64,000 nt of DNA from Octopus vulgaris (taxonomy: Eukaryota). Both the position numbers and the translations under genes were made by a program. The DNA lies in the NCBI GenBank assembly GCA_951406725.2, contig OX597832.1, forward strand, positions 14,508,001 through 14,572,000, written 5' to 3'. How positions within the stretch are numbered: position 1 is the first letter of the stretch; every line of letters starts with the position of its first letter. The notes beneath the pieces were generated by a model that ran no database searches, had not been told where the DNA came from, and saw only the letters and a program-made list of their open reading frames with translations. Below, piece after piece: positions 1 to 11,915 of this stretch.

Positions 1-1109
1 ACATGTTAGCCGGTTTGCTCGAGTTACAGAGACAAGAACAGCAATTGTACGATCAACAGCAGCAGAAGCATATTTAGCTGCAGAAAAACCAAGAACAACA
101 ACTGCAGAAACAACTGCAACAGGAAAAGGAGCAAGAACAAAATCAACAAAAATCACTACTGCAAGAAAAACAACAACAACAACTATTACATAATGTTGTA
201 ATTAATGCATAGGCGGTCATCCAAAAATGCTGATTATAGGTTCTCGCCAGGTTGTGATGCAAGTAAAAAAACTGCCCATCTAAGAAAGCGGAATGTTTCC
301 GTTGTGGAAAAATGAGATACGTAAAAGCGCACTGTAAAACCAAGAAGACAGTGACACTAAATCTAAACACACCAGCAGGTATGTCACCAGTGGAGCTGAT
401 GCTTGCGAGGAAAATAGATTAAGCCTTCAACGAATTAGTAATTGGCAATAAATGAAAGAAATTCAGTTGAAAATAAAATAAGACATTTCGAAAATTGGTG
501 AAATTATATTTATTAGGGCATATAAGAATGGAAAACGAATTTGGGAAGAACGGAGGAACGCTTTACGTTGTAAAAGTTATAAAAGGTATAAACAAGCAAC
601 ACATGTATCAACTAAAGAATAATAATCGTTAGGAGCGAACCCAAGAGAATGGAAAAACCAGTGGAATGTTTATATGATACTTTTCAAGTACCAACGCCAT
701 TAAAAATAATTGAAACCACATGCAGAATCGGAAAAAAATCCCAGAAAACTTACGGAGTTCTTGGGAGTAATGATAAAACGAAAAAAATTTTGAAGTGGAA
801 AGTGTTTGAAAACCCCCCCCTCAAAATGGGAAGTGGGGTGTTGTAAACAATTGTTAAAGGAGAGAAATGGCATTACACTCCCTAAGAAAAAGAAACACTT
901 AAAAGAGAGGATATGGGGATAATAATAATAATAATAATAATAATGGAACAATCATTCCCCGTGAGGAGTGGTACGTGCTAGTCGTTATATATACTGTAAC
1001 GTCGACAAGTTGACGTATTCAGTCATTGATAGTCGTGTCTTAGTTCTCTAACTACCTATAGTTCTATACCGCGTTGGACCTTATAATAGTCTGACGTCGG
1101 ATTACAACA
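1..1109 (+). mobile_element. Degenerate, internally deleted Ty3/Gypsy-like LTR retrotransposon (Gag remnant, integrase C-terminal remnant, PPT, 3' LTR)
   Basis: A Q-rich Gag-like N-terminus with stops (3-212) is followed by a knuckle-like CPSKKAECFRCGKMRYVKAHC that runs in frame into integrase-tail-like TPAGMSPVELMLARK. Further on, FRAYKNGKRIWEE-like sequence lies near 510-550, and a purine tract GGGAAGTGGGG immediately precedes the LTR. Confidence 0.75.
839..1109 (+). repeat. 3' LTR (~271 bp)
   Basis: Starts TGTTGTAA directly after the polypurine tract and ends TTACAACA: an 8-bp terminal inverted repeat with TG...CA ends. Confidence 0.75.
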
Positions 1110-1634
1110 TTCCTCATATCAGATACATCCACCTCGCTCTTCATAAGATATTTTGTCATATGAAAACTTTTTCCAAATTATGGAATGTCATTTAAATATT
1201 TCGATCGGCTCTGAAACGAGAGACAAAAACCATTCAAATGTCTAAATAAGAAGTTAAAAGCAGGAAGTACATTTTGCAAGTAACGAAATGCAGTAAATAG
1301 TATTGTGAATGATATATTCATGACAATTATTTAACAGTTAAGTATTTGACATTTGTGAATTAATTGATTTTCGGAATTATTTAATAATCAATATCAGCAC
1401 GAAATGCTGATAAGGAAAAGCCATGCCTTTCATGGAAAGAATCGCATATAGTCAATAATTTTCAGTAGCTCTATTTCACAGTCCACTGTTAGTTTCAGAT
1501 ATTCAATCATAGATTAGTAAACATGAAGTAACTGATATATATATATTGATTTTGATTTTGATTTTTTCAGTTTCAGCTAATGAGCTGTGGCCATGCTGGG
1601 GCACCGCTATTATATAAATATATATATATATATA

Positions 1635-1746
1635 TTGGCCTGCTCGCTTAGCCAGCGGGGTGGCGTCATTCGAAGGCTAAAACAATGCGAGCGCATTGTG
1701 ACCAGCGATGTGTAACAACATCTGATTGTCTGGTCGGTCACGTGAT

Positions 1747-1755
<9 letters not shown>
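1635..1755 (+). mobile_element. 5'-truncated 3' tail of tRNA-derived SINE type B, in a (TA)n tract
   Basis: Reverse complement of 21176-21300 (GCGCATTGTGACCAGCGATGTGTAACAACATCTGA). Confidence 0.75.
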
Positions 1756-1820
<65 letters not shown>

Positions 1821-1833
1821 GTATATGTATATA

Positions 1834-2006
1834 GGGACAGTTTACGAAAAAAACAAACGACAAAGACAGGTGTTGTAGAAAACAAACAGATATATTGCTA
1901 TAACGCTCAGGAATAGAAAAAAGTATTTTACGTTTCGAGCCTGCACTCTTCTACAGAAAGGGACACAGAAAAAACAAGGAGAGTAAAAAATGTCTGTAGT
2001 GGCTAG
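1834..2006 (-). mobile_element. Penelope-like terminal fragment with variant hammerhead motif
   Basis: Homologous to 38236-38406 and 51600-51750. Contains CTTT-CTGTAGA-AGAGTGCAGGCTC-GAAACGTA and its 3' end abuts (TA)n. The Penelope assignment is inferred from the hammerhead architecture. Confidence 0.55.
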
Positions 2007-2057
2007 GCCTGTGGAAGATCTCAGGTTAGTTTACCATTAATGATGAAACGGTATATC

Positions 2058-2114
<57 letters not shown>

Positions 2115-2154
2115 TATTTATATGCCTATTTATATGCATATATATGCAAATATC

Positions 2155-2322
2155 TGTGTGTGTCTTTGTGTCTGTGGTTTTACCTCCACCACCGCTAGAT
2201 AACCGGTGTTTGTGTGTTTATGACCTCAACATCCTGCGGTCGAGGTATTCGACTAAAACGTTCAAGTTGGTGCCACAGCATGGCAACATGAGATAGCTGA
2301 AACAAGTACAATATAAAAGATA
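2155..2322 (+). mobile_element. 3' half of CORE-like SINE
   Basis: Matches the tails of 59774-60156 and 19912-20386 (GGTGTT...GTTTA...GGTGCC.CAGCATGGC...CTGAAACAAGTA). Confidence 0.65.
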
Positions 2323-2708
2323 AATTAGCTTATATTTGGCCTAAAGTAAGTATGTATAGCTTTCCTAGTATTTTCAGTCCAGTGTACATCCAAAGCGTAC
2401 ATCCATGGGAAATTGATTATTATTTAATACAGATACACTCTGTTGATTTCATTTGCATTTTCTTGCAAGATATTTGGTATAATTATTTTGAGCAATTGCT
2501 TTTACTTCCATGCAAGGTCAAGGATCTCAGCACAAGCAGTTGGGACTTAATACTGGACCAATGTAAATCACTACTACATGTATTTGTATAACATGAGGTT
2601 TTTTAGACTAGGTGCTACATCTGCAAGAACACAGAAAATAGGCTATATGTGTCTGTTTATAACGCTATGCATATAATCATATATATCTATTTACATATGC
2701 ATGTACTG

Positions 2709-2752
<44 letters not shown>

Positions 2753-3055
2753 TCAGTGTACTACAATAAAAAAGGTTGTTTTTCAAATGTCATCTTTACA
2801 TGGTAAATTCAGAAAATTTATTTCTGCGATATAAGTGTAAATATTCCAAGACATGCTGCTTTATGGCTGAGAACCAAATTTCAGGTAGCCTTTCAACTTT
2901 CCCTGAAACTGGACCTCAAAACGCAGTTGCGTTGGATATCGTAGGTGGCAATCGCAAACAATTGTCATGAAAACCGAAATGTACGGGTATTACGTGGGGG
3001 TATAAAAATCAACTTGAACCGCGTTCCTGTCATTCGTAATTTGGACGCATCAAGT

Positions 3056-3612
3056 ATGATTTGATTGTCATCAGCTTAGAGAGGACAATCCATCGGCCAA
3101 TTGCAAGTAGGACAGCATGCTCTGGTTGTTGCGAAAGCTTACAATGTCCATGTAACAACAGCGATGCAACAACACCAACAGCACTACAGACCGTGCTCAT
3201 AGAGGGCACACCCAGGTAATCACGTTGAGGCAGGGCTGCTTTATTTACCTGCAACACCACCGTGATCGCTTCAGAGTGCCCAGTGTGACAGCTCGCGAGA
3301 CCATTAGCACTGGACAGCGATCCATAAACGACGTCCCGGTACGACGTCAACTTGCTACCAACAACCTGCGTTGCCGTCGTCCGGTTCGAGGGCCTATCTA
3401 CTCCGCCATCCACCGTCAGTCACGACTATACAGCACCGACATTGGTGACATCAATAGAGGTTGATAGTCTTCGGTGGTGAGAGCCATAACTGCGTTTCCA
3501 CCTCGGATGACTGAGTGAGGATGTGGCGTAGGAGAGGTGAACGCTACAAAGATGTATATGTCATGGAGAGAGACGCGTAGGGTAGTCAAAGCATCATGGT
3601 TTGGTGCGTTAC
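3056..3612 (+). pseudogene. Tc1-family transposase relic (HTH to first part of DDE domain)
   Basis: Frameshifted translation gives IGQLQVG..VAKAYNVH, RDRFRVPSVTARET..VRRQL....LRCRRPVRGP, VFGGES (for FSDES) and VRMWRRRGERY...VMER...SIMVW. Confidence 0.85.
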
Positions 3613-5184
3613 AGGCCTGAATCAGAGAATTGACTTTCAAAATAAATATTCCATTTGTGTATCTCAACCTATCGTTAATTGCTTATATCGTTATATGGAA
3701 TTTTATTATTAAAATGGAATTTTAACTGAGTTCTCGGTGCTTGTGAACGTGTGCGTGTGTCGTGTATATATTGCATTTAACTTATATAACGGACATCATA
3801 ATTTAAATCGCTCAGAAATTAACAGCTATGAATTTAAGCTTCGTTCAAAATGGGAAAAAGAACTTTGTGCAGGTATAAGTGCATAATAATCTTATTTGTG
3901 TTTAACTACAGCTTTATGCATATTTCGATGCGTAGTGAATAATTAGCCCCTTATAACTAACCGTGCGTACCAATCAATAATATAATGTATATGCAAAACA
4001 AGTCCTACACAATGAGGACCATAGTAAGCAAAGTTTGTCGTGTTTTATATTTAAAATAAATAATTATGATAATGTAACATTTATAATGATGTGGCCTGGT
4101 ATACACAAAACGGCTGAATCACGAACTGTAATTACATTGTAATTAAACTGTACATATATTAGTGAGTAATACACTTTTATATGTACAGTTCTCAAAATAT
4201 GAATGACATTTGAATTCATTATCACCATTATTAAGTCATTGTTAATTAAAATCTTTTAACTTGTACAACAAATGCAAAAAGACAGGAAGGGATCCAGAAA
4301 GACCTGTGAATTACCCAGGGAAATCTTGCATTGTACACTGCTGAAGACATCCAAATTAAATTAAATGGAATACCATATTTGTGCAATGCGTAGGTTGTGT
4401 GTTATCTCATAAATATTTCCATTACGAGATATGGAATATGAGATGGTTTTGAAGTACCAAACCACAACAACAGTTAGAAGCACAGTATAGCTAACGACTG
4501 ATCGAAAGTTTGCTCAGAACTCTATTATTTTAATATTTGATAACAGAATTGAATATTTCCTCGATTCAAATATGATAGTTTTGTTTATTTAAATGTGAAA
4601 GACTTGGTTCATAATGAATTCTCTGTTTAGAAATGAGATCATTTACGTCTAGATAGCTAAAAGCTTATTTCCATTGGAATTGTGTATAATGTGCGAAAAA
4701 CAGAAAAAGGCATTGTCTCTGCTCTCACTCACAACAATACTAGTTAGAGTTGCCTTCGAGATATTAATGTTTGATATCGCAAATAATTTTACAGGACAAT
4801 AAAACTGTAAACGAGTTCTCTTCGGGCAAATGTATATGAATGCATAAATGGATACGTAATCTTAGAAAACAAAATATGCTAATTCTGAAATAAATACGCT
4901 GAAATCAACGCACCGGAAAAAAAAAGGAGTTGAAAATCTCAAATGGTTGAAAAGCATAATTATTTGGATTTCAAAACATTGAAACATCAGCAAGAAATCA
5001 AATTAAGCTCGGTATTGTAGACCAATTGTCTTTTTTTTTTTTAAAGAATGCTGACGCTACAATGAGGACCTGTGAAGATATTAAGGACATTGCAACGAAT
5101 ATAAAAGCAAATCTTTACAAATTCACTGTCAATTATAAAGAAAAACTTGGAGAACAAAATTCTATTCGATAACACACACACACA

Positions 5185-5225
<41 letters not shown>

Positions 5226-5235
5226 ACACACACAT

Positions 5236-5282
<47 letters not shown>

Positions 5283-5565
5283 TGAGAGGTATTGAAATCC
5301 AGAAGACACAGGATGGTGGGTAAGGCTATGTAACTCTGGGTACGATAATAATACGAATGCGGTGACAAACGCGGGTCTTGTGTGAACATGTATATGTTAA
5401 ATTCCAAACAGCTGTGATTTTGCTGTCTCATCTTATCTGTGGTTCGCGTCAGACAAGCTTTGGTACGGAGTCCGAATCGCTCTTCTCGGAGGCATTCCAC
5501 TGAACTTGTCATCGGTAAGTGATGATCTGGTGTGCTGTTAGAAAACCTGCCGTCATTATATAACA
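5283..5565. repeat. Possible solo LTR or unclassified repeat
   Basis: GC-richer ~283-bp island bounded by TG...ATAACA between microsatellites. No TSD seen. Confidence 0.25.
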
Positions 5566-6000
5566 TTATATATACATATATTTATATATGTGTACCTGTG
5601 TGAGTGTGCATGTATATGTGTAGGTGCATTTATATGAGTGACAATACACGCACACATATTCATTCACACGCACGCACATACACGCGCGCACACTCACACT
5701 CCTTCGCACACGTATATTTATGAATGTAACGTATTGGTGTTTCGGTATTAGTACATGTTTCCGTAGCAAAAATTTATCAACACACTGCTCCATATTGTTT
5801 GCATATGAAAATATTCAAAATCATATAACATTATGTGAAATTGTGTTTACATAGAACTGAAATTCTTCATGTAATGTACCGTTCGATTATTGTAGCTGAT
5901 ATGCCACTGATTGGTACGTTTGGTGTGTATAATTCGTTTCACATTTTAGCAGATAGTTACCTGTTTCGGGGAAATGGTAGTTGTAATTACAGTAGCTATA

Positions 6001-6790
6001 AAGGCGGCGAGCTGGCACAAACATTGGCACGCCGGGCGAAATGCTTAGCGGTATTTCGTCTGCAGCTACCTTCGAGTTCAAATTCCGCCGGGGTCCACTT
6101 TGCTTTTCATCTTTTCGGGGTCGATTATATAAGTACCAATTATTCACTGGGATCGATATAATCGATGTAATCCGTTTGTCTGTCTTTGTCCTCTCTGTGT
6201 TTAGCCCCTTGTGGGTAGTAAAGAAATAGGTATTTCGCCTGCTGCTAAGTTCTGAGTTCAAATTCCGCCGACGTCGACTTTGCCTTTCGTATTTTCGGGG
6301 TCGATTAAATGAGTACCAGTTACGCACTGAGGTCGATATAATCAATTTAATCTGCGTGTCTGTCCTTGTTTGTCCTCTCTGTGTTTAGCCCCTTGTAGGT
6401 AGTAAAGAAATAGGTATTTCGTCTGCCGCTACGTTTCTGAGTTCAAATTCCGCCGAGGTCAACATTGTCTTTCATTCTTTCGGGTTCGACAAATAAAGTA
6501 CCAGTTACGTACTGGGGTCGATGTAATTGGCTTAACCTCATTGTCTGTCCTTGTTTGTCCCCTGAATGTTTAACCTTTTTGAGGGCAATAAAGAAATAAG
6601 AAACGTTAGCAACCCGGTCAAGATTGTCTACAGCAATTTTTTTTATCCTTTAAATTCTGTGTTCAAATTCAGCCTAGGTCTCACAGAGGATTCTATTTCT
6701 ACGAGATCGATAAATAAAAATACCTCTCAAGTGGTAGTGGTGATTCAATCAATCTAATCCCTCCTCTAAGATGTGTGGACTTGCATAAAA
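6001..6790 (+). mobile_element. Head-to-tail array of SINEs (one head, three young-tail bodies, one old degraded copy)
   Basis: Single head AAGGCGGCGAGCTGGC; B-box-like GAGTTCAAATTCC and the central block GCCTTTCATCCTTTCGGGGTCGAT..AAGTACCAG (recalling Deu/Nin/Meta SINE domains) repeated with ~184-bp period. Junctions at 6228|6229, 6412|6413 and 6598|6599. Confidence 0.9.
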
Positions 6791-7439
6791 ATAAAAATGA
6801 ATGCATGTACATTACGAGTATATGAGGACGTTGAAACTGCTAGGAATAGAAAAATCTTAGCTCAATTTTAATCTCAGGATATTAATATAGGGAGCTATAT
6901 GCTCATGCTGTATAGGATTAGATATGTTGTGTCTGAAATGAAATCTAGACAAACTACACACACGCTTATTCAATATGTGTACATTTGTGTGATAGAATGC
7001 AAAATCAATTTATGTAACTTTAATATAGCAATGGGAAATATTTCTGAAGTATATTTAATTATATCTCAAATGTAATTCTATGCCAAATACTTCTATTAAT
7101 TTATAATTGCAGAAAAGTTTCTAAAGACCAAAACAGTTTAATATAGATGCAATATACTTGAGAGTTCTTCAAAGTACTTGAAAAATTTCCTGTTTCCAAA
7201 ACTTTATATTCATGTGTACAGATTAACAGAGTATCAATGTAAAATAAATATCATATTATTATATAATTATATGTATATTATCGGAGATTTTCGTGTTAAA
7301 GTTTTACAGAGGCACTTATGCATAGACATACAGTAATTCAGACACACACAAACACACAGACATACACGAACACACGTACACGCACACATTCACGCACGTA
7401 GAATTAATTTTTTAAAATGGAGAGAAAAAGAGAACAACG

Positions 7440-8425
7440 AGAGGACATGTTACCTGCAAATATTAACGTGATGCGCAGAGAATGAAAGAAGGAGTGGTTG
7501 ATCTATATTGCGAGCATAGCTCTTCTGCAGAAACAGCAGACATAGAAATATCCCAAAGAAACTGGAGAAGGAGGAAAAAAGCCGACAGCAGTGCACGTGT
7601 AGTTATAATTTAGAAAATTATAAATATATATATATATATATATATAAATTAATCAAAATAAAAACATGATGCCAAGGATTCAGCGGTACATATGTTTCGG
7701 GCCTTTATTAGACGGATTTATAACAATGCATAATGTATGTCTGTGGCCTTCTTCAGCCGCGCACAACAACTTCCACAAGGACATGTGTTACATCAAAAAT
7801 TTTTGGTTGGGGATGCAAATCCTCTCATTCGCGTACGACATAATGCGGCAACAGCATAAAAATGAAGCGTCCATCTCGTTCTTCTCTCAATGTAGAATGA
7901 GGAAATTTGGATGTTGAAGTAATGTAAATAAATTAATAAATAAATATATACATACATAAATATTTAAATGCAGACAGACGTGAAGGAACCTGGTAATAAG
8001 AGTAAATAGAGATAAAGATGGAGGGGCGAGAATTCAGGACGAAGGATAAAAAATATATAAAAAGTGTAAGTATAGAAAAATATAAAAATGTAGAGTATAA
8101 AGATATAAAGAGATATAAAGAATATAAAAAAATATAAATGAATATAAAGGTATAAAGTTATAAAAAGTATATATATATATATATATCCGCGAAAAGCCCA
8201 AATTTTATTTAATTTGCTATGCGGGAAGGACTGTTTCCTTACTTTCGTACGCGGAGTAGATGAAACAGGGACAATTGAAGAAGGGGAATATTCCTTGTGT
8301 TGTATGTCTCGTTTCTCCCTTTTTTTTCGTTGTTTGACAAAAATGTTCGTTCCTATGTTTTTTTGTTTCGTTTCTCATTGTGTTCAACGTTTTTTTATGT
8401 CCTGTACCCATATGTGCTTGTATAT
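7440..8425. mobile_element. Cluster of putative Penelope-like terminal fragments in opposite orientations around (TA)n
   Basis: Contains the hammerhead at 7683-7760 and a degraded one at 7501-7534, both on (-). 8250-8425 (+) is homologous to 61100-61307 (-). Confidence 0.45.
7683..7760 (-). ncRNA. Type I hammerhead ribozyme (Penelope-type minimal stem III)
   Basis: Minus strand reads GCGG-CTGAAGA-AGGCC...GGCCC-GAAAC-ATAT-GTA-CCGC. Stem I GCGG/CCGC, conserved CUGANGA and GAAA, stem II GGCC/GGCC, palindromic stem III ACATATGT, GUA cleavage triplet. Confidence 0.75.
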
Positions 8426-8476
8426 ATACATATATATGTAGGTATGTACATATATGTACGTATATATGCATATATT

Positions 8477-8521
<45 letters not shown>

Positions 8522-9298
8522 GTCATGGACGTACCACCTAGGTAGGCAAGTGATCAACTGCCATACACATAAAGTTACATTAATAATCTCTTATTGAGGT
8601 ATATAAACAGGAGGCGATCTGTTGACTTAAAAATAACAGAAAAAACTTTACCAATGTTAGGTTGAGAGCTCTAACCAATTTGCTATAGAATGTTACATAT
8701 TTCTAGCTTCCGACTGTTCTGCTACTCAAAAAGAATTCAGTTGTAATTAAAGCTTGTAAATATAGCTACATGCTTTAGTTCATACATCGAAATATACGTG
8801 TAAGTCAACATTATATGCACCATACAATCACACTTCAACAAATATACTTCTCCCACTGTCTCTTTATATATGTCTGTTTTTGATTGCTTGTGTATGAATG
8901 CATATATGTGTGTACGTGTGTATGTCTCTGTAGACGTGTGAGTGCGTGTATCTGTATGTATCTATGTATACCTATGTTCATATACGTATACACACACACA
9001 CAAACACACATGCATATGTACATAGAATTAAGTGTATCCGCAAAAGTTCTCCCTTCTCCCTCTACATCCATAACGAAATTTAGATTAATGCATAGGTATT
9101 CAATTTTATAAGCCACTATTTTAAGCAGTATAATTTTTCTTCTTTCGCTACATCAATGGCATCAACTAATATTTATAGCTTATATTTTCAGCTAAAAAGA
9201 GTTTTCTAGATTCTAAATACTTTTTGATGTTACAATAAACTTACGTGTAATTTATTAAAATCTTTGACATATATGATTATGTATGTTTCCCTATGTTT

Positions 9299-9371
<73 letters not shown>

Positions 9372-9629
9372 ACATACAGACAGAGAAACGCATACTCACG
9401 CGTACTGACAACACCTGCATGGATGTATGTATGTATGAACGTATAAAAATATTCATTTATATGATATTGTAAATCTATATATGCATTCCTTATATATTTT
9501 TATGCACTGCAAATCTATACATACATACATACATACATTCATACATTCATACACACAGAGACACAGACACACACACACATATATATATACGTCTGTATAA
9601 ATACCTCCATATATATATGTGTGTGTATG

Positions 9630-9671
<42 letters not shown>

Positions 9672-10034
9672 GATATATATGTATATGTATGTATGTATGT
9701 ACGTACGTGTGTGAGAATGTGTGTGTATGTGTGTGTGTGTGTCCTTATTTACTGTACGCAAAAGTAAGAAGTATTCTAAAGGCCGTTGAACTAAACAGCA
9801 TCCTCATAATAAACATACACACGCGAACTTGCATATACACAAACTCTCTCTCACGCGCATATAGACGTACACAATTTTATGGACTAACATACGAGTCTAA
9901 ATCAACGCTGCGGCCATGAACTTCATTCTAGTTTTAGTGATGTTACGATAAGATACGATAAGAATTCTAACTAATGAAGTGATACTGGATTATATATGTT
10001 TTATTTTATGTAATTCAATCTGCTGAACTCATCT

Positions 10035-11245
10035 ATTGGGTTGGCACATAAAGTTCCCGCGGTTTTTTAAAAATTTTAATTTTCTAAAAGGTTTAATAAA
10101 AAAAAACAACAATAATGTATTCACACTTCTTGTTTACAACTTCTTCCCAACGTTCAACAATATTTTCAATACTTTGTTTGTAGAAATCACCCTATTTTGA
10201 CTCGAAAAATTGATCCAAACAAGTTCTCTATTCTGCATTAGTACTGAACGAAACTCTGCGCGTAGCATTTAAAAGAGATGGAAAGAGGTGGAAATCCATT
10301 GCTGAGAAACCAGGAGTGTACGGTGGGTGTGGTAGCACTTCCCAGCCATGCAGTTGAATGGCTTCCTTTTTCATATTGGCGATATGAGGGCGGGCGTTGT
10401 CGTGCAGTAGAAGAACTCCATGCTACTGATTAGGTATTTTCTCTTGAATAACCGTGTTGGGCCGTTCCATTTTTGAAAATTCCGTTTTTTTCCGTTCAAG
10501 CAATTCGTAATAGATGATCCCTTATCAGTTCCACCATACGCACAACATCGTTTTACGCGGATGAAGATCTTCTTTCACGCGCGCTGTCGCTTGCTTACAT
10601 GGGCTAATCCATTCCTTACGCTGCTTCATATTGATGTACAGGCACCTTTTTCCTTCGCCAGTAACGATTCGGTAAAGAAATCGTTGCTTGCCTGCATGAG
10701 GTGAGCGGTGATGAACAAGCAAACCAGGCGGGATTGTGGCTCGTTGATTTTCTTGTTAACTATTAAAGCATGCAGAACCCATGCTCCATACTTCTGAAAC
10801 TTTCCCATCTATAGCAGTGTGGGAGCATACCATTTTCTCTGCCACTTCCTTTGTCATTTGACGAGAATTTTCGTGCAATAGTTGGTTTAATCGCTCTTCA
10901 TCAGGTTCAACTAGATGAAGCCAGAATGATGTGCTTCTTTGAGTTCAAAATTTCCATTTCTCTACTTGGTATACCAATTACAAGCGGTTCTTTCAGCTTT
11001 TGCAGCTTTAGAATTTTGATTAAAACCAAAAAAAGGTGTCGGTTTTCTTTATTGACATTCTGTTTTAATGATCAGAAATTAAATAAATATTAACTAAAAT
11101 TAACTAGAAAGAACAAAACAAAATTGATTCCAAGATGATTCAAAAATAGAATTCTCGAAAATCATAGATTCCAAAGTAAAAAATTTGGCAATAAATTCCA
11201 AAATTTGAAAACATCGTTGAGAACTCAGTTGTCAAGCCTCCATAT
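10035..11245 (-). mobile_element. Mariner (DD34D) transposon relic with TIR
   Basis: TIR-like TATTGGGTTGGCACATAAAGTT at 10035. Minus-strand motifs KYGAWVLHAL, RIVTGEGKRCLY, LHPRKTMLCVWWN, LLLHDNARPH, WEVLPHPPYTP and RWEEVV, with stops and frameshifts. Confidence 0.9.
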
Positions 11246-11329
11246 ATATTTGAGTGTAGGCAAGTTTGCTGGTGTAACTGATCGCATTTGCGCTATTTTA
11301 ATCGAGCAATATTCAAATATTTATCATCT

Positions 11330-11915
11330 GTGTCAGAAAAAAGGTGTAGGAAAAATGGAAAGTCTATAATCAATGAACAGATGTCAGTAATATGGGACAA
11401 AATCAAAAGAGGGATGATGATCCCCCAGTGAAACATAGGACTTGCCTGCTGGGGCACTGCGTTGTTGAGACGGGACACTTTGAAAAGTTTCCTTGACATT
11501 TGGTGGCGAAAACCTTTCTTAAAGGACTGAAAAATTTGATATAGTACTCTCCATTGATGATGTGGCTCCTTGGAAGTTAATGAATGATCCCAATACCTTT
11601 TTGCATAACAAAAATCTAAGATCATCAACTTCCCTGCAGATGAAAGGAACTAGGTCTTCTTTGGAGCAGATGACGAGGTGTGGTTCCTCTGCATGAATTG
11701 TTCATTTGTGTGACAAAAAGGGATGAAGACAATACGCATCCTGGGTTACTAAACGTTCATGCGAACCGAATAGATCTTCCTCAAAATATGTCAGATTTTC
11801 AAGTGCTGAAGCTTGGTTAGTTGCACTTTTGATCAGGTATCAGATGATGCAACTCGCAGAGTAGAAACCTTCATCATTCCAATAATATTCTCAACTCTCT
11901 CCCGGGATAGCATTT
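11330..11915 (-). pseudogene. Second, older mariner transposase relic (irritans-like)
   Basis: Degenerate ERVENI..GMMKVS, RLVTQD, APKK...SAGKLM and a TINGEYY-like segment. Confidence 0.65.

Noticed and set aside
4329-4389. CTGAAGA inside a CATTGTACA/TGTGCAATG stem
   Set aside because: No GAAA or stem III; the region looks more like a tiny LINE RT remnant (GRDPERPVNY).
6001-6600. Regular repeats that might suggest a CRISPR array
   Set aside because: Units are ~184-bp SINE bodies with no unique spacers and no cas genes, in a eukaryotic context.
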